DNA of 57,532 nucleotides from positions 1 to 57,532 of IMG/VR virus record IMGVR_UViG_3300017744_000007, one strand, 5' to 3'. Each line of letters starts with the position of its first letter. The stretch's first letter is position 1. The notes beneath the pieces were generated by a model, which saw only the letters and a list, made by a program, of their open reading frames with translations, was not told where the DNA came from and made no database searches. The stretch is from a virus (taxonomy: Duplodnaviria > Caudoviricetes). The position numbers and the translations under genes were made by a program. Below, in pieces: positions 57,501-57,532 of the stretch.

Positions 57501-57532
57501 AACAAATACTCTGCTCAAAAATCTTTAGTAGC
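51540..57532 (+). CDS. giant virion cargo protein (at least 1997 codons, 3'-truncated), probable virion RNA polymerase-containing protein with a zincin-like domain
   Basis: ATG 1 nt after the previous stop. Frame is open where spot-checked at start, middle and end; probably absent from the track because no stop falls inside the window. Gly/Ala-rich helices, EGIEEMFQE near 52761, HEFGH at 54933-54947, EEAFA at 55290. RNAP call rests on synteny; I did not see the catalytic motif. Confidence 0.75.
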   Translation, partial: MGKFSDAGSFFNSRNQKPQAPQQPDSPSANLQNQLLKEQVDATTKKREGGYDAFQQQKGGFTIDQQGQRVANTQEDILMSGGTKLGKSLVAGTGDVIEQVVDLTQLVYNFATPFAAVERAAGLDFSKNFFDWVKENTSQELQDYAVTYQKPGSQDFKWSDMATADFWTTDFARQVPNLLSMIAGGAGLVKGAGTLMTKMATKSIAKGGTRLSKAGALSSKVVDPAGRTIGQIGGKGIGKLFTRTKGSVGLSTRGKLVAGIGGGAGMNLVDGGIVAGMAYDRAIEEFGNDDEGRRLAGQIAADIFIDNTKWMAVDALSWGFTFGGGSKVILGKATQKLGQIKNGFGKRAANILVNASAGSAAGAAIAGAATLGEEGMGDAIKTGALAGLSGGLLKGTRGVKAAGMLAPEGIEEMFQETYQEWIEKKAFNEARGEEEKTPTYWDFYSSDEARKTKAISLISGMAGSTVGGYTNLINDVADRSFENDKKIDAISSIMDRANNSEDDTYEKTSAMYDMVSQSVADQNDDNLLAWINGEASKEGGAVDAKLQTELVSFMEKQKKTYEKIGSGIKNINEGEKSRLFRMQTGIAKNVAEFKEQSDIYNEDKADLINQIKEIENSNLSDTAKKQAISNFNERIAELDADFNELKNKINTANSEIQEEINTYTTSLITKSKVRKAASVEGIKDAVKSATSQIGKFGKGVKEFSQGVFDGVNKAKADYTKRKQEEQAQQAEQAPEGQEPTLGEQVFDMPKENVFNIMTQKFRAFYKGSKDIDTDMFTDEQLDKLISEAFTENGVDGTTSQEEFAAKIEAIEKTLNEKHKTFVENKAKAAEDSESTKKSPFQKAKEKGAEVIGKVVDNVKEGVESVKEALTKKQPKFEKLSVLDQTDPNNIIVSNEEVVEEIQKRKGGDVYTQEEFDIVKKELKEKKAEENKKSDTPKVKDDVSSDVIEDVEFEEVTENSEKDNPLKAKINEEFDKEIAEIQAEIDKETDEERIKILQKALAEVKESKLRKVQGEPSKPIGKKESVRKAKKDAKKAKDKYKYSWYNPLGILERRNFRKERTKKVKEAIAEFDEAKKQNSLHYVYALKDANYPGTAIVTLAEMSQMFGEAGTSAVVNATIYAANGPDFANIVKHEFGHVLYPLFKDTPLMQDIKRLILEDGKIIKNITQTYPELILFDTELGPQTIEEIIRNPNVLKNMLDHNSTIEGDIKSIVESLNTGRIFTNEINSLLKKIEGMDSISIAKPENQELLIEEAFAHYLEKDSITLADIIAKDVKTEQRLKRKVNIVAEKIKVPSKTTDEQKFEIIKAMDSPANRADTLEEALDIIRRNADSRSKIHKPKRSSRVMRKKPNKSLNDIAQAHYENSELVKAILINNRGAYDSMIMSSIEELSGKELSQEQIKEVLQKEARIFLNVINKQESATSGLINKNKNYQYDEASIDDISGSVLSELIAEGTLGNNEITQALELAGILDKNSERIPFLFEEELDDFVMTKDSNDNVAIQNERSSTSKFIDAFVLYLNSERGKFLLESGKLEGELNLYNEGAIRRAIRKEFRQALVPKGENVFIADFMDSIINPKTPLLKAFKQFTLELYKDKYGSVAGSNQYLNAIARGIHHEQSSNVVESRDILFYTEQDSDYFIEPSIAEFEQFVIEDLITDNETNVSLDRLNLLKDSKRVNMLELIEAIGDIKFKSKSVQAYLDQFAIQESFTFMHKGKTLKAVDVVNDIIKSNGKIDSELLKSIATEITMLSRDLNQITMVDMARLETGTSLLNKTSSLYEGFSSMKQYLIDKTKTTNKTIKEVSDNSVFDYLINKLGIDPKISASSGVRVTDIDGMIKGDSYVNLSPDEILMSDILRMLTVDEDSYQMPIMVFSEKSRRYNVTVPKYKDLRTAGGSLESDFVEFLAKEIEGARYSKGNKVSNLFKSSPGSTVLERIVNKEELKKQVKFLENYIKDNPYIISNLIQNGVIKSTDGKVPVKLLEDLVVATALNKYSAQKSLV

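Noticed and set aside
1-57532. Stop-codon reassignment as in some crAss-like phages
   Set aside because: Long genes are intact in the standard code, TAG serves as a real stop (terL, scaffold, phosphoesterase), and no suppressor tRNA is seen.
1-57532. Window is a complete circular genome
   Set aside because: Joining 57532 to 1 puts the giant ORF into frame 2, which stops within about 11 codons, and the ends show no overlap.

Overview
The window is most of the genome of an AT-rich, crAss-like (Crassvirales-type) podophage, very probably infecting Bacteroidota, probably an aquatic flavobacterium. Host evidence: repeated TAnnTTTG -7 promoter boxes, A-rich start contexts without Shine-Dalgarno sequences, Gln at +1 after signal peptides, and a T9SS type-A C-terminal sorting domain. 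Plus-strand late block (30296 to the end, then 1-14214): putative small terminase, large terminase, portal, scaffold, major capsid, ring and IHF-like proteins, tail stabilisation protein, cargo proteins, and a giant ORF missing from the ORF track (51540 to beyond 57532; HExxH zincin motif; probably the virion RNA polymerase protein, whose C-terminus may be 1-2823). It continues with tail/decoration genes, a four-gene cell-envelope module, basic peptides and lysis genes, and a metallophosphoesterase. Minus-strand early/middle block (30156 down to 14211): small unknown ORFs, a MoxR-type AAA+/VWA-like pair, DnaB, Rad52/Sak, SSB, a resolvase-like protein, a DnaA domain IV-like protein, an ExoVIII-like nuclease and PhoH. 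I see no DNA polymerase, primase, integrase, tRNA, CRISPR array or reverse transcriptase. Most interesting: (1) an operon of outer-membrane beta-barrel + membrane coiled-coil + CxxC-less thioredoxin fold + Cys-repeat T9SS cargo; (2) five late genes whose ATG is 4-5 nt after the promoter box (apparently leaderless mRNAs); (3) a pseudoknotted RNA ahead of the capsid gene; (4) a cluster of Lys-rich peptides around a stand-alone RNR-tail-like Cys peptide; (5) no replicative polymerase or primase; (6) apparent GATC avoidance. All family calls come from motif recognition by eye, not database searches.
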